This document shows positions 33,850 through 36,360 of a stretch of DNA of 36,360 nt, in pieces (positions within the stretch are counted from its first letter, which is position 1; each line of letters begins with the position of its first letter). This DNA comes from a virus (lineage: Duplodnaviria; Caudoviricetes): positions 1-36,360 of IMG/VR virus record IMGVR_UViG_3300020042_005881; one strand, 5' to 3'. Below the pieces are notes generated by a model that was not told where the DNA came from, made no database searches, and was given only the letters and a program-made list of their open reading frames with translations. Position numbers and translations under genes: made by a program.

Positions 33850-35294
33850 CTCTTGAAAAAATTAAGCACTGGCATCGCAAATGAACTATTCTTCTTTATA
33901 CCATACTTAGACGGAATAGCAGCCCTACTCAAGCCACTTACTACTAAATACCGTGTCGCGTCCATCAAATGGTCGTTATCTTTTACCACACGCCCCTTTT
34001 CGTCTCTACGATAAAGGCGAAACTCTGACAACCAGTTCCGAAGATTCTGGAAAACACGCAGCTTCCCAGCCGACATCGTCTGCCAAACATTGTACAGCCC
34101 GCTCTCGACGGCGTTGTTCGCCAGCGTTATGTCGAGGCCGTGTCTGCGGTACATGCCAAGAAGCTGTTGCCCATCTGTCTGCGCTCGACCCCGACTGGCT
34201 GGATCAATTACCCCCGGCATCTCGCCCCGAGCTTTGATCGCTTCAGCATGTAGGATCGGCTCTGCTTGGCCACGGTAGTACTCCGAGTAGAGATACGTCA
34301 CCTCTGTATCCGGGTTAGTGGCGCCCCAGATAACCGCGGTACGGTTCCAACCTACGTCCATACCATAGCACCTCCTCCAGTGCTCTGGGATAGCAAACTC
34401 TTCACAAATCAGTTCACTCTCTGGCACCGGGTAAATAGCTCCCGCTCCAAGCTGTGGCACACCCTTAGAGCGGGCATCCCTTTGAAACGGCGGTATCGAC
34501 GCCCAAAGCTCTTCTTTTTGGATCTTAGTCAGATGCGGGACATCGTCCCAAGTCGCCATGCCAATGTACTTGCTCCCCGAAGCCTGTTCTTGCACCTCCC
34601 CATTCGGCATGAAAGACAACACTGTCTCACTCATCCCCATTAGAGGCGTGAACGTAAGCATTGTCATGCCATTGTTGGTCATCGTCCGAAGCAAACACTC
34701 TGTGTAGACATCCAACGGAGGCTCTTCGTCCAACCAGATCACATCCTGTTCAGAGCCTTGAAACGCTTCCCGGCGCTGGTCGTACGACTTGAATGTCAGC
34801 CTACTCTCGCCACCAGAAGCATGACGAACGGTAATAACTTCAATGGCCTCTGCTACGCCGGCTTTAGCAGTCGTCTTGAGGAGATCTGACTTAGGAATCA
34901 GACCCGTGCCAAACTCCCCGGGCGGTCCTAGCAACTTCATCTGGAGAATGTCGCGAGTTGTCTTGCCGGTGTCGCCGGCGGCCCAGGTGCTGACGGGGCG
35001 GTCGAACTTCCTCCCCTCCCACCAAGCGGGATATCTGCCTGTCATGTGCAGCACCATCTCGTACCCGCCAATGCTCTCAGTCTTGCCAATACGATTGGCA
35101 GCCATCATCAGCCGCTCCCTATACCGTGCCCCGGCCTTAAAGTAAGCGATGTGCTTAGGATACAGTTCGCGCCGATACTCGCCAGTGTCAGGGAAGTAGG
35201 TGCCAATCTTACGCTCCTTACGGCGCCTCAGAGACTCTTCCAGTAAGAGGGTCAGCTCTAGGCTCTTGTCGAGGCCGTCGAGAAGATCGCTCAT
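33846..35294 (-). CDS. terL: Terminase large subunit
   Basis: Walker A variant AANRIGKT, Walker B IWLDEE, LTFTP, nuclease GMDVGW and NDHLMDATRY. Confidence 0.96.
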   Translation of the reverse strand: MSDLLDGLDKSLELTLLLEESLRRRKERKIGTYFPDTGEYRRELYPKHIAYFKAGARYRERLMMAANRIGKTESIGGYEMVLHMTGRYPAWWEGRKFDRPVSTWAAGDTGKTTRDILQMKLLGPPGEFGTGLIPKSDLLKTTAKAGVAEAIEVITVRHASGGESRLTFKSYDQRREAFQGSEQDVIWLDEEPPLDVYTECLLRTMTNNGMTMLTFTPLMGMSETVLSFMPNGEVQEQASGSKYIGMATWDDVPHLTKIQKEELWASIPPFQRDARSKGVPQLGAGAIYPVPESELICEEFAIPEHWRRCYGMDVGWNRTAVIWGATNPDTEVTYLYSEYYRGQAEPILHAEAIKARGEMPGVIDPASRGRAQTDGQQLLGMYRRHGLDITLANNAVESGLYNVWQTMSAGKLRVFQNLRNWLSEFRLYRRDEKGRVVKDNDHLMDATRYLVVSGLSRAAIPSKYGIKKNSSFAMPVLNFFKR

Positions 35295-35458
35295 TGTGAC
35301 TTTGGCTCTTTTAACACAACAGCAAGTCCTTCAACCAATTCAGCACGCTCACTATCTACAATCACTGTAACGTGAGGGTGACAGTTTTCTTCCAGCCATT
35401 TCATCAGAGGTATAGCGGCTTCGCGAAGCTCTTGAATTTGTAATTTAGTTAGAATCAT
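35291..35458 (-). CDS. 55-aa protein (MILTKLQIQELREAAIPLMKWLEENCHPHVTVIVDSERAELVEGLAVVLKEPKSQ)
   Basis: Read manually; ATGA overlaps at both ends. Confidence 0.75.
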   Translation of the reverse strand: MILTKLQIQELREAAIPLMKWLEENCHPHVTVIVDSERAELVEGLAVVLKEPKSQ

Positions 35459-35670
35459 TGTCCTCTACTCCTGTGAATCCTAGCAATCTCAAACTTAATG
35501 TACTGAGCAGCCTTCTTGAGGTCCTCTACTGGGTCTTCAGTCTTGAGGCCAGCTCGCCAGATGTACTTGATGGCATTGCCGAGGTTGAAGTTAAACGCCT
35601 CTGCAATAGTCACACACTCCACGCCACTAGGGTGTTCAGTGTAGTGCTTGGGGTGGTAAACGTCGTTCAT
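35455..35670 (-). CDS. DUF3310-family protein, copy 2
   Basis: VYHPKHY, GVECV, GNAIKYIWRAGLK, DLKKAAQY; ATG at 35670. Confidence 0.85.
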   Translation of the reverse strand: MNDVYHPKHYTEHPSGVECVTIAEAFNFNLGNAIKYIWRAGLKTEDPVEDLKKAAQYIKFEIARIHRSRGQ

Positions 35671-35756
35671 AGAGAAACGAATCCCCGGACACCTACACAC
35701 ATAGGGCCGGGTATTTTCCGTTTCGCTCAGTCAAACCCCCGGAATGACTAGTGAAC
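35671..35756 (-). promoter_or_regulatory. Structured intergenic leader upstream of DUF3310 copy 2
   Basis: Minus strand: AGTCA/TGACT hairpin then nested GAAACGGA/TTCGTTTC, CCCGG/CCGGG, CCTAT/GTAGG stems ending 3 nt before ATG. Confidence 0.45.
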
Positions 35757-35966
35757 CTAAATGTTAAAAGGCTTTTCATTTTTGAGCAAGTCCTTAAACG
35801 CTTCTAGGGCATCATTTTTGTAAGAATAAGGTCCAACATAGCAGTCCCTCAAGACACTAGCCAAAAGCACAGCCATCTGTTTCCACGCCTCTGCTCTCTC
35901 TGTTTCATTGCATAAATCATTGGCAAGACTGAGGCTTAGAAAGGTGTCTTCAGAGAGATAACTCAT
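35757..35966 (-). CDS. Hypothetical protein, 69 aa
   Basis: ATGA-coupled start. Confidence 0.6.
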   Translation of the reverse strand: MSYLSEDTFLSLSLANDLCNETERAEAWKQMAVLLASVLRDCYVGPYSYKNDALEAFKDLLKNEKPFNI

Positions 35967-36130
35967 ACTTTCAGCATAATAACCTTGTACTCATCCCCGT
36001 CGTCTGGCCCGCCTTCCATTTGAAAAGTAAACTCTTCGTAGTCCATATCTCTACTCATGGAATCAAGTAAAAGTGCATAAGCAATTTCAGTAGCTTTCTG
36101 TGCTTCTTCAGGGATGGGGTCTAGTTCCAT
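35963..36130 (-). CDS. 55-aa acidic protein (MELDPIPEEAQKATEIAY...DEYKVIMLKV)
   Basis: Read manually; ATGA overlap downstream. Confidence 0.6.
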   Translation of the reverse strand: MELDPIPEEAQKATEIAYALLLDSMSRDMDYEEFTFQMEGGPDDGDEYKVIMLKV

Positions 36131-36146
36131 AAAAGAGCTTTCTAGA

Positions 36147-36360
36147 GCCCGCCAAGGCTAGACGCGAAAGCGTTCCTCAAACCGGCGGGCCACTCACTTT
36201 CGGGACGCCGAATCGGGAACGCCGCCAAGAGTCAATGGGCGTGACAACTGGGAGAGACCGGCACAGATGCGACACCTGCCTCCGGGATAGCCTGGCGAGC
36301 AAAGACCGGGTTTTCTTGGTCAAGCCGTGGTGTGACAGGCGTGAGAGACGGGCAACTCTT
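36147..36360 (+). ncRNA. Candidate structured RNA, unclassified, possibly truncated by window edge
   Basis: GCCCGCC/GGCGGGC stem enclosing ACGC-GAAA-GCGT; GACCGGG-TTTT-CTTGGTC; two copies of GTGACA-N5-GAGAGAC-N-GGCA. Confidence 0.4.

Larger units (their letters stand above)
1..36360. mobile_element. Tailed bacteriophage genome segment, P22-like podovirus morphogenesis module
   Basis: Ordered TerL-portal-scaffold-coat-gp4-gp10-ejection-tailspike-lysis genes plus phage recombination/replication genes; no host housekeeping genes; dense stop/start overlaps. Confidence 0.97.

Noticed and set aside
35671-35745. Hammerhead ribozyme (CTGAGCGAAAC on minus strand)
   Set aside because: Lacks full CUGANGA core, stem II and a credible stem I

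Overview
The whole window reads as most of a tailed-phage genome with a P22-like podovirus virion module. On the minus strand, from right to left, lie small ORFs, the large terminase, portal, scaffold, coat, gp4-like and gp10-like tail-hub proteins, a needle-like protein, three ejection proteins and two paralogous beta-helix tailspikes. These are followed by a lysis cassette and a sigma70-like promoter ahead of a recombination/replication block (Cro-like HTH, Cas4-like nuclease, RuvC-like resolvase, RecT-like annealase, SSB, helicase, HTH initiator with internal iterons) and small accessory genes. A short plus-strand cluster (1-2376), interrupted by a repeat-rich non-coding region, converges on a bidirectional terminator. 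I see no integrase, DNA polymerase, small terminase, tRNA or CRISPR array. The most unusual item is a coupled pair of genes, one sulfotransferase-like and one a truncated, catalytically altered citrate-synthase-like protein, placed directly in front of the ejection genes. Also notable are an ADP-ribosyltransferase-like domain and a repeat array inside the largest ejection protein, a tandem Tad2/DUF2829-like protein, a chain of coupled micro-ORFs, and several structured non-coding segments. All calls come from motif recognition and synteny by eye; no searches were run.
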